From: Prochlorococcus sp. AG-436-E22
GTDB lineage: Bacteria; Cyanobacteriota; Cyanobacteriia; PCC-6307; Cyanobiaceae
Length of the DNA stretch: 64,000 bases
Assembly (NCBI GenBank): GCA_003212615.1
Contig: QCPG01000001.1
Span: 10,597-74,596, forward strand
Direction of reading: 5' to 3'
Below the pieces are notes generated by a model, which had not been told where the DNA came from, did not search any database, and worked only from the letters and a program-made list of their open reading frames with translations. Made by a program: the position numbers and the translations under genes. Positions 50,883 through 62,353 of the stretch are shown piece after piece. The first letter of the stretch is position 1; every line of letters starts with the position of its first letter.

Positions 50883-51269
50883 ATGATTATGAACATATTT
50901 GTTCTTTTATATAATTCAGGAACAGATAAGGAAGGAATTCATTCAATCGAACTTAAAGGAAGGACCATAGTTCTTATGTTTGAAGATAAGGACGATGCAA
51001 CAAGATATTGTGGTCTACTTGAAGCTCAAGATTTCCCTTTGCCAACAGTTGAAATGATCAACATAGAGGAAATAAAAGATTTCTGCATTAAATTAGATTA
51101 TGAATGCAAATTAGTAGAAAAAAATTTCGTTCCTAAAACAGCCGAAGATAGGTTACTAATTTCACCACCCCAGAAAAACCTAGAAGTTGAAGATTGGGAA
51201 GAAGAAAAGAATAACAATAAAAATATTGATTTAAATACCATTAAGGAAAACCTTGAAAAGTTGCTTTAG
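50883..51269 (+). CDS. DUF3110-family protein
   Basis: VLLY..GT..EGIHS, VLMFE..DDA.RY.GLLEAQDFP. Confidence 0.85.
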   Translation: MIMNIFVLLYNSGTDKEGIHSIELKGRTIVLMFEDKDDATRYCGLLEAQDFPLPTVEMINIEEIKDFCIKLDYECKLVEKNFVPKTAEDRLLISPPQKNLEVEDWEEEKNNNKNIDLNTIKENLEKLL

Positions 51270-51306
51270 CTATTACAATATCAATAAATTATTAAACAAA
51301 TAAAAT

Positions 51307-51744
51307 ATGACAACTGCATTATTTGAAACAGAAGTTGGGAACATTAATATTGAATTTTTCTCTGAGGACGCACCTAATACAGTTAAAAACTTTACGAATT
51401 TGATTAGTGATGGTTTTTATGATGGTCTAGCATTTCATAGAGTTATTCCAGGATTTATGGCTCAGGGTGGATGTCCAAATACTCGTGATGGAGCATCTGG
51501 TATGCCTGGAACTGGAGGCCCCGGATATAATATTAAATGTGAAATTAATTCCAATAAACATCTAAAAGGTTCACTTTCTATGGCTCATGCAGGAAAGGAT
51601 ACAGGTGGTAGTCAGTTTTTCATAGTTTATGAACCACAGCCTCATCTCGATGGAGTTCATACTGTTTTTGGCAAGACAGATGATATGGATGTAGTGCTAA
51701 AGCTTACTAATGGTTCAAAAATTATTAAGGCAACCTTAAAGTAG
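51307..51744 (+). CDS. Cyclophilin-type peptidyl-prolyl cis-trans isomerase
   Basis: [44 protein letters not shown]. Confidence 0.95.
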   Translation: MTTALFETEVGNINIEFFSEDAPNTVKNFTNLISDGFYDGLAFHRVIPGFMAQGGCPNTRDGASGMPGTGGPGYNIKCEINSNKHLKGSLSMAHAGKDTGGSQFFIVYEPQPHLDGVHTVFGKTDDMDVVLKLTNGSKIIKATLK

Positions 51745-51748
51745 TAAT

Positions 51749-53473
51749 TTAGCCTTCAAAAACAATACTAAATGTCTCTTTATCTAGGTTAAATTTTCTT
51801 GTAGATGAATATAAGATTTCATTATTAATAGTAAATTTAGTATTGATTAGCTTTATGCTACTTTTTGGGTGTAATGCTTGTTCAATGTTTCTAGAAACAA
51901 TTATTCCAATCTTTGAACTATTCTCATATTTGGATAAAAACTGAATAAATAATTCTATCTTCTTTATTTCTTCATCAGTAATGTTGGAAATGGTTCTATT
52001 ATGATCATGCAAAATTCGCCACACTAATTTTGGTCGATTCCAAAAAGCCAATAATCTTGGGGTACTTTCCAGCTTAATATTTATGTCTTGATCACAACAA
52101 AATTTATTAACTTTATTTTTAATTGGAACTAAATCAATAGATTTATATTTTCCGTCAAGAAAAATTGATATAAATGGATCGATATTCCTGGAATTAGAAC
52201 TATCTTCGTCAATCATATGGCCTAACTTTGTTTTTTTTACACTCAAATATTCTGCATTATTATCGTTTGGACAAATCACTAATGGAACTCTCTCAATAAC
52301 TTCTATTCCATAACCACCTAATCCAGCAATCTTTCTAGGATTGTTTGTCAGTAATTTTAAATTTTTAATCCCTAGATCAGTTAATATCTGTGCTCCAACA
52401 CCATAATTTCTGAGATCAGCTGGAAAACCTAATTTTTCATTAGCTTCTACAGTGTCTAATCCACCATCCTGTAAACTGTAAGCTTTTAATTTATTTATTA
52501 GACCAATACCTCTGCCTTCTTGTCTCAAGTAAACAACAACTCCCTCTTCCTCCTTTTCTATCCTTGATAAAGCAGCCTCTAACTGGGGTCTACAATCACA
52601 ACGTAATGATCCAAAGGCATCGCCAGTTAAGCACTCTGAATGCATTCTTACTAGTACAGGTTCGCTTAATTTTGATGATTTTTGTTTAACTAATGCAACG
52701 TGCTCTGAACCATCAAGTTCATTAACATATCCATAAGCTTTGAAATTTCCAAAAATACTTGGAAGAACAGCATCGGATTTTCTAAATACAAATCTCTCAG
52801 TTTGAAACCGATAACTTATTAAATCAGCTATTGATATTAATTTCATTCCCCATTGTTTTGCATACTCTTTAAGTTGAGGAAGTCTTGACATGGAACCATC
52901 AGGATTTTGTATTTCACAAATCACTCCAGCGGGATAAAGACCTGACATTGAAGCAATATCTACTGCTGCTTCGGTATGACCTGCCCTTTTTAAAACTCCA
53001 CCTTTTTTAGCTCTTAATGGGAAAACATGTCCTGGCCTCCTTAAATCTTCAGGTTTTGTATTTGGGTTTATAGCAACTTGAATTGTCTTAGCCCTGTCTT
53101 CAGCCGAAATACCAGTAGAAACGTTATTTTCAGGTCCAGCATCAATTGATATAGTAAAAGCTGTTTGATTTTCATCTGTATTTCTGTCTACCATTAATGG
53201 TAAATCTAAGGAGTCAAGTTTTTCACCTTGCATAGCTAGGCATATAAGACCACGTCCCTCAGTAGCCATAAAATTAATTTGCTGAGGAGTAGCAAACTGA
53301 GCCGCACAAATTAAATCTCCTTCATTTTCTCTTCTTTCATCATCTACCACAATTATGCATTCACCATTCCTTATCGCCGCCAACGCATCGCTAATAGGAT
53401 CAAATTCAATTTTAAAAGATTCATTTATATCCAAAATTGTTCCATTATTTGAATTGGGACTTGTTTCTTTCAT
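51749..53473 (-). CDS. ribBA: Bifunctional DHBP synthase / GTP cyclohydrolase II
   Basis: DDERRENEGD, RAGHTEA, RMHSECLTGD.FGSLRCDC, QEGRGIG, TNNPRK. Confidence 0.96.
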   Translation of the reverse strand: MKETSPNSNNGTILDINESFKIEFDPISDALAAIRNGECIIVVDDERRENEGDLICAAQFATPQQINFMATEGRGLICLAMQGEKLDSLDLPLMVDRNTDENQTAFTISIDAGPENNVSTGISAEDRAKTIQVAINPNTKPEDLRRPGHVFPLRAKKGGVLKRAGHTEAAVDIASMSGLYPAGVICEIQNPDGSMSRLPQLKEYAKQWGMKLISIADLISYRFQTERFVFRKSDAVLPSIFGNFKAYGYVNELDGSEHVALVKQKSSKLSEPVLVRMHSECLTGDAFGSLRCDCRPQLEAALSRIEKEEEGVVVYLRQEGRGIGLINKLKAYSLQDGGLDTVEANEKLGFPADLRNYGVGAQILTDLGIKNLKLLTNNPRKIAGLGGYGIEVIERVPLVICPNDNNAEYLSVKKTKLGHMIDEDSSNSRNIDPFISIFLDGKYKSIDLVPIKNKVNKFCCDQDINIKLESTPRLLAFWNRPKLVWRILHDHNRTISNITDEEIKKIELFIQFLSKYENSSKIGIIVSRNIEQALHPKSSIKLINTKFTINNEILYSSTRKFNLDKETFSIVFEG

Positions 53474-53561
53474 TATTCCTATCAATATAGAAAAATAGTG
53501 TTTTAGTTACCTTAAATACAACACTTTATAATCCTATCTCAAAGTCTGCCAATTCAAAGAA

Positions 53562-54617
53562 ATGAATGTTGCAATAGTAGGTGCTACTGGTTACGGCGGT
53601 ATTCAAGCGGTAAATCTTTTAAAGAACAATAAAAACTATAAAATTTCATTTTTAGGAGGAAATAAAACATCTGGATCAAAGTGGAATGATAATTTCCCTT
53701 TTATTTATCTAGATAATGATCCTTTTATAGAAGAAATTTCAGTAGATAATATTTCAAACAATTCTGATGTTGCTTTACTTTGTTTACCAAATGGCCTTTC
53801 CTCTACATATACAAGGAAATTGTTAGATAGAGGAGTTAAAGTTATTGATTTATCTGCTGATTACAGATATAAGTCCTTAGACGAATGGGAACAAGTATAT
53901 TCCAAAGAAGCTGCTATTTATAAAAGGAATGATGATGATTTATGTAAAGAGGCAGTCTACGGTCTTCCTGAAATAAATAAAGAAGCCATTTCAAAAGGAA
54001 GATTAATAGCATGTCCAGGATGTTATCCAACATCTGCTCTTATTCCACTAGCTCCTTATCTTTCGCAAGGAATTATTGAAAATGAAGGTATAGTAATTGA
54101 TTCTAAAAGCGGAACCTCTGGAGGTGGTCGAGAAGCGAACCAAAAGTTACTTTTATCAGAATGTGGAGAAGGTCTTTCAGCATATGGACTGATAAAACAT
54201 AGACATACCTCAGAGATCGAGCAAGTAGCATCTTTAATTTCTGGTAATAAAATTGAACTGCTTTTTACTCCTCATTTAGTTCCAATTTCAAGGGGTATGC
54301 ATTCGACTATATATGGGAGATTAAGAGATCCAGGATTAACTTCTGATGATTGCAGAATTCTTTTGGATAATTATTATAGAAATTTCAAAAATATTAAAGT
54401 TTTACCTGTAGATACATTCCCATCAACAAAATGGGTTAAAAATACAAACCAAATTTTTCTTTCTGTTAAAGTTGATATTCGAAATGGAAGAATTATTATT
54501 TTATCTGTAATTGATAATTTGTTAAAAGGACAGACTGGGCAAGCAATTCAAAATTTAAATATTATGAGTGGATTTTCAATTGATGAAGGTCTTGAGTTAA
54601 CTAATAATTTTCCATAA
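53562..54617 (+). CDS. argC: N-acetyl-gamma-glutamyl-phosphate reductase
   Basis: VGATGYGG, DLSADYR, PGCYPT, SGTSGGG, HRH..EI, DNLLKGQ.GQA.QN. Confidence 0.96.
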   Translation: MNVAIVGATGYGGIQAVNLLKNNKNYKISFLGGNKTSGSKWNDNFPFIYLDNDPFIEEISVDNISNNSDVALLCLPNGLSSTYTRKLLDRGVKVIDLSADYRYKSLDEWEQVYSKEAAIYKRNDDDLCKEAVYGLPEINKEAISKGRLIACPGCYPTSALIPLAPYLSQGIIENEGIVIDSKSGTSGGGREANQKLLLSECGEGLSAYGLIKHRHTSEIEQVASLISGNKIELLFTPHLVPISRGMHSTIYGRLRDPGLTSDDCRILLDNYYRNFKNIKVLPVDTFPSTKWVKNTNQIFLSVKVDIRNGRIIILSVIDNLLKGQTGQAIQNLNIMSGFSIDEGLELTNNFP

Positions 54618-55257
54618 AATTACTTCTTATCAAAAAACCAGCATGAGAGATTGAATGAGGTAAAATTTTATGCTCAAGTATATGTATCCTTTTGGTAAGT
54701 GATTCAATATCATCATCATTTCTAATTGATAATGCAGCTTGCATTATCAAAGAACCATTATCTACCTCCTCATCAACAAAATGTACTGAACAACCAGTTA
54801 TTTTTGAACCGTTTAATATAGAGTCCTTTATCGCAGAACCACCCTTATATGCAGGAAGTAATGATGGGTGAATATTAATAATTTTATTCTTAAATTTATT
54901 TATGAAGAAGGGTGTGAAAATTTTCATCCAGCCAGCCATTACAATAAGTTCAACATCATAATTAGTTAAAGTATTTACAATTTCTAATTCAAATAGCTCT
55001 TTTTGCGTAAAGTCTTTACCTCTTATTATTTTGTGAGGTATTTTTACACTTTCAGCTCTTTTTATACAACCGGCATCATCTTTGTTAGTTATGAGAACTT
55101 TTATATCTATATCTAATTCTCCTTTTTCTGAGAGATTAATTAACTCCTGAAAGTTTGTTCCTTTCCCAGAAGCAAGTACACCTATTTTTAATTTTGGTGA
55201 AAATCTTCTAAATTCAGATATCTCAGGAGAAATTATGTAATTAAATGATCTATCCAA
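54601..55257 (-). CDS. purN: Phosphoribosylglycinamide formyltransferase
   Basis: LASGKGTNFQ, AGWMKI, INIHPSLLP, TGCSVHFV. Confidence 0.95.
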   Translation of the reverse strand: MDRSFNYIISPEISEFRRFSPKLKIGVLASGKGTNFQELINLSEKGELDIDIKVLITNKDDAGCIKRAESVKIPHKIIRGKDFTQKELFELEIVNTLTNYDVELIVMAGWMKIFTPFFINKFKNKIINIHPSLLPAYKGGSAIKDSILNGSKITGCSVHFVDEEVDNGSLIMQAALSIRNDDDIESLTKRIHILEHKILPHSISHAGFLIRSNFMENY

Positions 55258-55435
55258 AGTTTTTTATTTTATCTAATGATAAATTCATATGAAATAAATA
55301 AAACCCTCAATTTTAATTGTTTATATTCAAAAACATATTTATTTGAAGATAATAATTTAAACAAATTTAAATGATTCAAATCTATGTACTATTAGTATAG
55401 ATATAATTGAATAATAAAAGAAACAAATATATAAA

Positions 55436-57019
55436 ATGAATGGAGATTTAAAATCTTGGGATAAATTTTGTAATTATCTTTGGTTTGATAAAAAATTAAA
55501 TTTTTGGTTAGACATAAGCAAAATTAATTTCACAAGTAAAGAGATAAAAACTTTAGAGGATAAATTTATAGATGTTTTTTCATCGATAAAAGAATTAGAA
55601 AATGGTGCAATCTCAAATATTGATGAAAATAGACAAGTTGGACATTATTGGCTTAGAAATCCATCAATTTCACCCTCTTCAAAAATTGGAGATGAAATTA
55701 GCGCAGATATTAATGCAATATCTGAATTTGGAAAACAAATTTTAAATGGAGATATTAAGAATAAGAATAATCAGCAGTATACTGATGTTTTATGGATAGG
55801 AATTGGTGGAAGTGGTTTAGGACCATTACTTATTACAGAGTCACTGCAGAAGTGCTCTAAAGGCTTAAATTTTTCTTATATCGATAATATTGATCCTTTT
55901 TTAATTAGCGAAAAGTTAGAAGATTTATCTGAAAAATTATCCACAACATTATTTGTAGTAGTTAGCAAATCAGGTGGTACGCCTGAACCTAGAATTGCTA
56001 TGGAAATTATTAAAAGTCACTGCGAAAACAATTCTCTTGAATGGAATTCTAATGCTATAGCTATAACTATGAAAGATAGTAAGTTATTTAAAAAAGCCAC
56101 TTCTGAAAATTGGTTAAAAATATTTAATTTGCAAGATTGGGTTGGTGGAAGAACTAGTATTACAAGCTCTGTGGGATTACTTCCATTAGCTCTTATTAAT
56201 GAAAACATATCTGAATTCATTAGAGGTGCATCATTAATGGATGAAGCCACACGGGTAAGTGATTTTAAAAATAATCCAGCAGCACTATTATCATCCGCAT
56301 GGTATTTAACTGGGGATGGTATTGGAAGGAGAGATATGGTCGTATTACCTTATAGAGATAGATTACAGGTATTTAGTAAATATCTCCAGCAATTAGTAAT
56401 GGAATCATTAGGAAAGAAATTTAATAGGAATGGTGAAGTAGTTAATCAAGGTATTTCCGTTTTTGGTAATAAAGGATCTACAGATCAACATGCTTATGTT
56501 CAGCAACTGAGAGATGGAATTGATAATTTCTTTTGTATTTTTATTGAATTATTAGATTCTCCATGTACTAATATTTTTGATGGGAAAGAGAATCCTAAAG
56601 AATATCTTTCTGGTTTTTTGCAAGGAACCAGATCAGCACTCTCTAGTGAAAACAGACAAAGTATCACTATTACCTTAGAAAAGTTAAATTGTTTTTCACT
56701 AGGTGCCTTAATCGCTTTATTTGAGAGGGCTGTATCCTTCTACGCTGAATTGGTAAATATAAATGCATATGATCAACCTGGAGTTGAAGCTGGAAAGAAA
56801 GCAGCAGCAAATATTATTGAGTATCAACAAAAAGTAAGTAATTTATTAGATGAAGGTGGAGAATATTCCATAAAAGACATAACATCATTATTTGATAATT
56901 CAGTGAGTGAAGCTATATTTTTCATAGTCCGTGAAATGTGTTTCGGTAATGATAATTATTTAGTTAAGGGCGATTGGTCAAATCCAAATTCATTAGTTAT
57001 TAAAAAAATAAATTCTTAA
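55436..57019 (+). CDS. pgi: Glucose-6-phosphate isomerase
   Basis: [43 protein letters not shown]. Confidence 0.97.
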   Translation: MNGDLKSWDKFCNYLWFDKKLNFWLDISKINFTSKEIKTLEDKFIDVFSSIKELENGAISNIDENRQVGHYWLRNPSISPSSKIGDEISADINAISEFGKQILNGDIKNKNNQQYTDVLWIGIGGSGLGPLLITESLQKCSKGLNFSYIDNIDPFLISEKLEDLSEKLSTTLFVVVSKSGGTPEPRIAMEIIKSHCENNSLEWNSNAIAITMKDSKLFKKATSENWLKIFNLQDWVGGRTSITSSVGLLPLALINENISEFIRGASLMDEATRVSDFKNNPAALLSSAWYLTGDGIGRRDMVVLPYRDRLQVFSKYLQQLVMESLGKKFNRNGEVVNQGISVFGNKGSTDQHAYVQQLRDGIDNFFCIFIELLDSPCTNIFDGKENPKEYLSGFLQGTRSALSSENRQSITITLEKLNCFSLGALIALFERAVSFYAELVNINAYDQPGVEAGKKAAANIIEYQQKVSNLLDEGGEYSIKDITSLFDNSVSEAIFFIVREMCFGNDNYLVKGDWSNPNSLVIKKINS

Positions 57020-59586
57020 ACAACAATATTCATAATCTTTCCTTTAACAATAATTATTTTTCTTATTTCCTTATCTTGAGTCCATTTTAATATGTTAGGT
57101 CTTTTAAGAGTCAATTCTTTAATTTGATCTTCACTCATATCATTATTAATATTTACTTTGTCTCTAACTTTTCCATTCACTTGTATTACTAGTTCATATG
57201 AATCTTCCTTTAGAGCCTCGGCATTAAATGAAGGCCATTGTTCTAAATGCACAGATTTTTTAAATCCTATAAGAAGCCATATTTCTTCTGCAATATGAGG
57301 TGCAAATGGAGCCAACAAAATACAAAATGTTTTTAAAGCATCAATTTTTAAATTATTGTTTACTTCATTAATGGAATTTGATAATGAATTATAAAACTTC
57401 ATTAGTTCTGAAATCGCAGTATTAAATTGGTTATTTAATATGTCATTTGAAATTTCTTTTATAGCGATATTCATTGACTTGATTAAACTTTTTTCTTTAT
57501 CAGGATGGGAATTAGATTTACTATTTATATCTTTTGCACAATTTATATAAAGCTTCCAAATCCTGCTTAAAAATCTAAATTGTCCTTCAACATCTGTATC
57601 TCCCCATTCCAAATCTTTTTCTGGAGGTGCTTTAAATAATATAAACATTCTTGCTGTATCTGCTCCATATTTTTTAATTACTGATTCAGGGTCTATTCCA
57701 TTATATTTTGACTTAGACATCTTCTCAAAAAGAACTTCGAGTTTGGTATCGTCAATTGGATCTTTAGGATTTGATAAGTCAGTAATATCGGAAGGAGAAA
57801 CATATTTACCCGTTTTATTGTTTTTATAGGCTGCGGCCTGAACCATTCCTTGCGTTAATAGCTTTTTAAATGGTTCATCAATTTCAAATAGTTCATTATC
57901 CCGCAAAGCTTTAGTGAAAAATCTTGCATATAACAAATGCAATATTGCATGCTCTACTCCTCCAACATATTGATCTACAGGCAACCACTTATTAATTTCA
58001 ATCTTTTCAAATGGCTTATTTGAACATTTTGAAGATGGATATCTTAAAAAATACCAAGATGAACACATGAAAGTATCCATAGTATCAGTTTCTTTTCTTG
58101 CCGCTATTCCACATTTTGGACATTTAGTATTTATCCAATTATTATTATCACCTAAAGCATTAATCTTGTTAGCCGAGATTTCTATATCTTTTGGTAAGGA
58201 AACAGGTAATTCCGATTGCTTTAAAGGAACAGATCCACATTTTTTGCAATTAACGATGGGAATCGGACATCCCCAATATCTTTGTCTAGATATTAACCAA
58301 TCTCTTAAACGATATTGAATCTTATTATCAGCCCATCCATTATTTACTCCATCCTCTGAAATTTTTAATTTAGCAATAGTATTTGATATACCATCGTATT
58401 GATTTGAATTAATAAGATATCCATTTTCTACATAAGCATAATCAAGCTCGTTAATTGTTTCACTTTTATCTTTTATTATTACCTGTTTAATATCAATATT
58501 ATTTTTCTTAGCAAATTCAAAATCCCTTAGATCATGAGCAGGAACTCCCATAACAGCTCCTGTACCGTATTCATCAAGAACATAACTTGCAACCCAAATA
58601 GGAATAGGTTCAGAATTAACTGGATTTATTGCTATTAAGCTAGTTTTGATTCCAATTTTTTCAAGTTCATTATTTTTATTATTTTTCAAATATTGTTTAA
58701 GATTTTCTATATTTTGTATAGTTTCTTTATCAGAAATATTTTTGATTAATGAATGATTAACCGAAATTGCTAAATAAGTAACTCCAAATAAAGTATCTGG
58801 CCTTGTTGTGAATACAGTTATTTTCTTTTCTGGATTGGTATTGATATTGAAATTAATATTTGTACCAATTGACTTTCCAATCCAATTATCTTGCATTGTT
58901 TTTACTCTTTCTGGCCAGTTATCTAATTTTTCTAAATCCTTCAATAACTCATCTGCATAATTTGTAATCCTTAAAAACCACTGCTTTAATAATTTTTTTT
59001 CAACTACTGCACCAGATCTCCAGGATTTACCCTCTGAGTCAACTTGTTCATTTGCTAAGACTGTATTATCTATAGGATCCCAATTAACTTCTGATTCCTT
59101 TTGATATACAAGGCCTGCCTTATATAACTCTAAAAATAGATATTGTGTCCAAATATAATAATTTTCATCACAAGTAGCAAATTCCCTATCCCAATCAACT
59201 GATAGTCCCAAAAGCATTAATTGTGACTTCATATGAGAAATATTTTTTTTAGTCCACACACTTGGACTAATTCCTCTTTCAATCGCAGCATTCTCAGCAG
59301 GCAAACCAAAAGCGTCCCAACCCATTGGATGTAAGACAGATTTGCCCTTAAACCTTTGGAACCGAGCTATTAAGTCTGTAATAACATAATTCCTAACATG
59401 TCCCATATGAAGATTACCTGAAGGGTAGGGAAACATTGATAAGGCATAAAATTTATCACTATTCTCAGTTAATTCATCGGTTTTGTATAAATTGTTTTCT
59501 GTCCATATTGACTGCCATTTTTTTTCTATTTCAGATGGATTATATAAATTGGTATCAGCCTCATATTGTTTATCGGGAGAAATCAC
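57016..59586 (-). CDS. leuS: Leucine--tRNA ligase
   Basis: MFPYPSG.LHMGH, editing domain TTRPDT and GTGAVM.VPAHD, KMSKS. Confidence 0.98.
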   Translation of the reverse strand: MISPDKQYEADTNLYNPSEIEKKWQSIWTENNLYKTDELTENSDKFYALSMFPYPSGNLHMGHVRNYVITDLIARFQRFKGKSVLHPMGWDAFGLPAENAAIERGISPSVWTKKNISHMKSQLMLLGLSVDWDREFATCDENYYIWTQYLFLELYKAGLVYQKESEVNWDPIDNTVLANEQVDSEGKSWRSGAVVEKKLLKQWFLRITNYADELLKDLEKLDNWPERVKTMQDNWIGKSIGTNINFNINTNPEKKITVFTTRPDTLFGVTYLAISVNHSLIKNISDKETIQNIENLKQYLKNNKNNELEKIGIKTSLIAINPVNSEPIPIWVASYVLDEYGTGAVMGVPAHDLRDFEFAKKNNIDIKQVIIKDKSETINELDYAYVENGYLINSNQYDGISNTIAKLKISEDGVNNGWADNKIQYRLRDWLISRQRYWGCPIPIVNCKKCGSVPLKQSELPVSLPKDIEISANKINALGDNNNWINTKCPKCGIAARKETDTMDTFMCSSWYFLRYPSSKCSNKPFEKIEINKWLPVDQYVGGVEHAILHLLYARFFTKALRDNELFEIDEPFKKLLTQGMVQAAAYKNNKTGKYVSPSDITDLSNPKDPIDDTKLEVLFEKMSKSKYNGIDPESVIKKYGADTARMFILFKAPPEKDLEWGDTDVEGQFRFLSRIWKLYINCAKDINSKSNSHPDKEKSLIKSMNIAIKEISNDILNNQFNTAISELMKFYNSLSNSINEVNNNLKIDALKTFCILLAPFAPHIAEEIWLLIGFKKSVHLEQWPSFNAEALKEDSYELVIQVNGKVRDKVNINNDMSEDQIKELTLKRPNILKWTQDKEIRKIIIVKGKIMNIVV

Positions 59587-59693
59587 TTAATTTTTATTTG
59601 TTAAATTATTATTTTAATATCCATTGTATAAAATAGAAATAGATTGTTAAAAGGAATAATTTATAATTAAAATTTAAAATATATTATCTACAA

Positions 59694-60554
59694 ATGAAAA
59701 ATATAACTTTTGAAAAATATCAAGGTAACGGAAATGATTTCATAGTCATCGATTCTAGAGGAAATGATTTATTTAAAAATTACAAGGCAAATAAAATATT
59801 TGATATAAAAAAAATTTGCAACAGGCAATTTGGTATTGGAGCAGATGGTGTGATTTTTATAGAAGAACCTAATGAAGATAATTATGCAAAAATGATAATC
59901 TTTAATTCTGATGGTTCTGAAGCACAAATGTGTGGAAACGGAATTAGGTGTTTAATTGAGTATCTCCATGTAAATGATTCAATGAATAATAAAAATATAG
60001 AGTATAAAATTGAGACTAAAGCAGGTTTAAAAATTGCAAAATATATAAATGATGAAATTACAGTAAAAATGGGAGTTCCAATTTTAGAAAGTCGAAATAT
60101 TCCAACAACCATTGAAAAAAAAATCAATTCAATTCCTTCACATAAATTTATTGAGAAAAATTTTAATAATATAGGTTATGCAGTAGGGATGGGAAATCCT
60201 CATTTAATATTCTTTGTACAGGACATAGAGTCAATTGTTCTTTCCAGGCTTGGTCCTATATTTGAAAAAAATCAATTATTTCCAGAAAAAACTAATGTGC
60301 ATTTTTGTCAAATCTTAAATAGAGATAATATCAAAGTAAAAGTATGGGAAAGAGGCGCAGGTCCAACCTTAGCCTGTGGAACAGGTGCCTGTGCTATTCA
60401 TGTAGCAGCTTATAAATTAGGTCTTTGTAATTCACAAACCATAGTTTCTTTACCGGGCGGTAATCTTAAAATTGATTGGTCAAAAGAGGATTGTGAAGTC
60501 ATGATGACCGGTAATGCTAAAAAGGTTTTCTCAGGATCAATGTTAGTAAATTAA
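59694..60554 (+). CDS. dapF: Diaminopimelate epimerase
   Basis: GNGNDF, MCGNGIRC, GNPH, ERGAG.TLACGTGACA. Confidence 0.97.
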   Translation: MKNITFEKYQGNGNDFIVIDSRGNDLFKNYKANKIFDIKKICNRQFGIGADGVIFIEEPNEDNYAKMIIFNSDGSEAQMCGNGIRCLIEYLHVNDSMNNKNIEYKIETKAGLKIAKYINDEITVKMGVPILESRNIPTTIEKKINSIPSHKFIEKNFNNIGYAVGMGNPHLIFFVQDIESIVLSRLGPIFEKNQLFPEKTNVHFCQILNRDNIKVKVWERGAGPTLACGTGACAIHVAAYKLGLCNSQTIVSLPGGNLKIDWSKEDCEVMMTGNAKKVFSGSMLVN

Positions 60555-61726
60555 TGGAAAATAATTTTATCTATTTAGATAATGCATCCACAACTCCATT
60601 ATCTGAGAATGTTTTAAATATAATAAATTCAACTTATAGAAATTATTGGCATAACCCTTCATCTAAATATGAGCTAGGGATAAAATGCTCTACGTATCTT
60701 GAACAAATTAGATCTAAAATTGCTTATTTATTTGAAGCAGATCCAGAGGATATAATTTTTACATCTGGTTCTTCGGAATCAACAAATATTGTATTTAATA
60801 ATATTTATGAGAACTTTAAAAATGGTAGAGTTGTTATTTCCAATGTCGAACATCAAGCAACAACTATTTGTGCTAATAAACTAAGAAAACAAAATTGGGA
60901 TATTTACGAATGGCAGGTAAATAATGATGGAATTTTAAATATTTCTAATATCGATAAAATTTTAACCAATGAAATTAAGCTTTTATCAATTATTTGGGGA
61001 CAAAGTGAAATTGGGACAATACAACCTGTTCAATTTATAGGTTCCAAATGTAGAGAATTAAATATAATGTTTCATTTAGATGGAACTCAAATATTAAGCA
61101 ATGGAATATTCAGTTGGAAAGATCTTAAATGTGATTTTTTAAGTTTATCTGCTCATAAATTTGGAGGTCCAAAAGGTATCGGTATTCTTTTAACAAAAGA
61201 AAAGTCTAGACAAATTTTAAAAAATAAAGACATATCACTTACTCAGGAATTTTCAATTAGACAAGGTACACAAGCTTTGCCATTAATTGCTGGGATGTAT
61301 GAATCATTAAAGAATATTAAAGGAAAAATAAAATTATATGGTTACAAAACTGAATTTTCTTCTGATCATATTAACAAACTTAAAAATTATTTTTTTCAAA
61401 AAATTAAGGATAATAATCATATAAAGTTTACGGGTAGTATTAACCATAGACTTCCCAATCATATTTCGTTTCTACTATTAAATAAACTATTTGAGCCTAT
61501 AAAGGCCTATAAGATTGTTAATTTCATGTCAGAAAATAGAATAGCCATAAGCAGTGGAAGTGCTTGTTCAAGCTCATCTGGGAAACCTAGCTCAACACTT
61601 AAAAATATTGGTTTAAAAGATGATGAACTATATTCAAATATTCGTGTTACTTTAGGTTCAACAAACAATAAGTCAGAAATAGATAAATTTTTAGAACTTA
61701 TTCAAATATGTATTGACAAATTTTAA
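60554..61726 (+). CDS. Cysteine desulfurase (NifS/IscS-like)
   Basis: YLDNASTTP, FTSGSSES, PLP Lys SAHKFGGPKG, catalytic Cys in SSGSACSS. Confidence 0.9.
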   Translation: MENNFIYLDNASTTPLSENVLNIINSTYRNYWHNPSSKYELGIKCSTYLEQIRSKIAYLFEADPEDIIFTSGSSESTNIVFNNIYENFKNGRVVISNVEHQATTICANKLRKQNWDIYEWQVNNDGILNISNIDKILTNEIKLLSIIWGQSEIGTIQPVQFIGSKCRELNIMFHLDGTQILSNGIFSWKDLKCDFLSLSAHKFGGPKGIGILLTKEKSRQILKNKDISLTQEFSIRQGTQALPLIAGMYESLKNIKGKIKLYGYKTEFSSDHINKLKNYFFQKIKDNNHIKFTGSINHRLPNHISFLLLNKLFEPIKAYKIVNFMSENRIAISSGSACSSSSGKPSSTLKNIGLKDDELYSNIRVTLGSTNNKSEIDKFLELIQICIDKF

Positions 61727-62352
61727 TGGAAACCAATTACAGACTACCAAAAGATTTAAATGAATCTCTTAAGAATATGGAGGATGCAATTATTCCAAGT
61801 TTATTAGATTCAAATAAAAGATTTACTATAGAATTTAATTTTGAAGGATTGAAGTTTAACAGAATTGGAATAACTATCTACAAGATATTGTCTAAAAATA
61901 ATAATGTTTTCATAACATTTGCAGATCAAGGTGCTGTGGCTTTGGCTCAAAGAGACTATCCAGATATCAAAGATAAAATCTTTACTTTTAAATCATTTAA
62001 TGAATCAAATAATATAAATAATATTGATAGTGCAATAATATCGATACTACCTAAGCCATATGATTTCGATTCATTTGAACCAATGTCTGATAATTATCAA
62101 GGAACGCATTATTCATTAAATCCAAAATTTGAAGATGCTAATATTGGTATAGGAAGTGTTATTAGAGAGCGCCGTAAAAACTTTGTCAAAACTTGGAAAA
62201 ATATTTATTTTCTTCAGCCTTTAAATAAAGCTGCTCTAATGCATATTTATCCTAATAACTGGTTGCTTTTCAAAGAAGAAAACAAAAAATATTATTTTAA
62301 AAAAGAATTTGAAATTAAACCCGACAATGAATCTATTTTTGTAAATTTATAG
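61726..62352 (+). CDS. DUF1995-family protein
   Basis: LP.DL, F.FEGL, D.GA.ALA.R, NP..ED..IGIG...RERR. Confidence 0.75.
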   Translation: METNYRLPKDLNESLKNMEDAIIPSLLDSNKRFTIEFNFEGLKFNRIGITIYKILSKNNNVFITFADQGAVALAQRDYPDIKDKIFTFKSFNESNNINNIDSAIISILPKPYDFDSFEPMSDNYQGTHYSLNPKFEDANIGIGSVIRERRKNFVKTWKNIYFLQPLNKAALMHIYPNNWLLFKEENKKYYFKKEFEIKPDNESIFVNL

Positions 62353-62353
62353 A

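Noticed and set aside
55381-55401. Imperfect palindrome TCTATGTACTATTAGTATAGA upstream of pgi containing a TGTACTA LexA half-site
   Set aside because: Half-sites are in the wrong orientation and spacing for TAGTACA-N2-TGTACTA; plausible by chance at this AT content.
625-60127. Antisense or alternate-frame ORFs in the track (e.g. 625-843, 1786-2031, 15471-15959, 21699-22058, 45249-45578, 45729-46190, 48479-48829, 59882-60127)
   Set aside because: All lie within well-supported genes, lack recognisable motifs and have the F/L/S/I-rich composition of shadow ORFs in AT-rich DNA.
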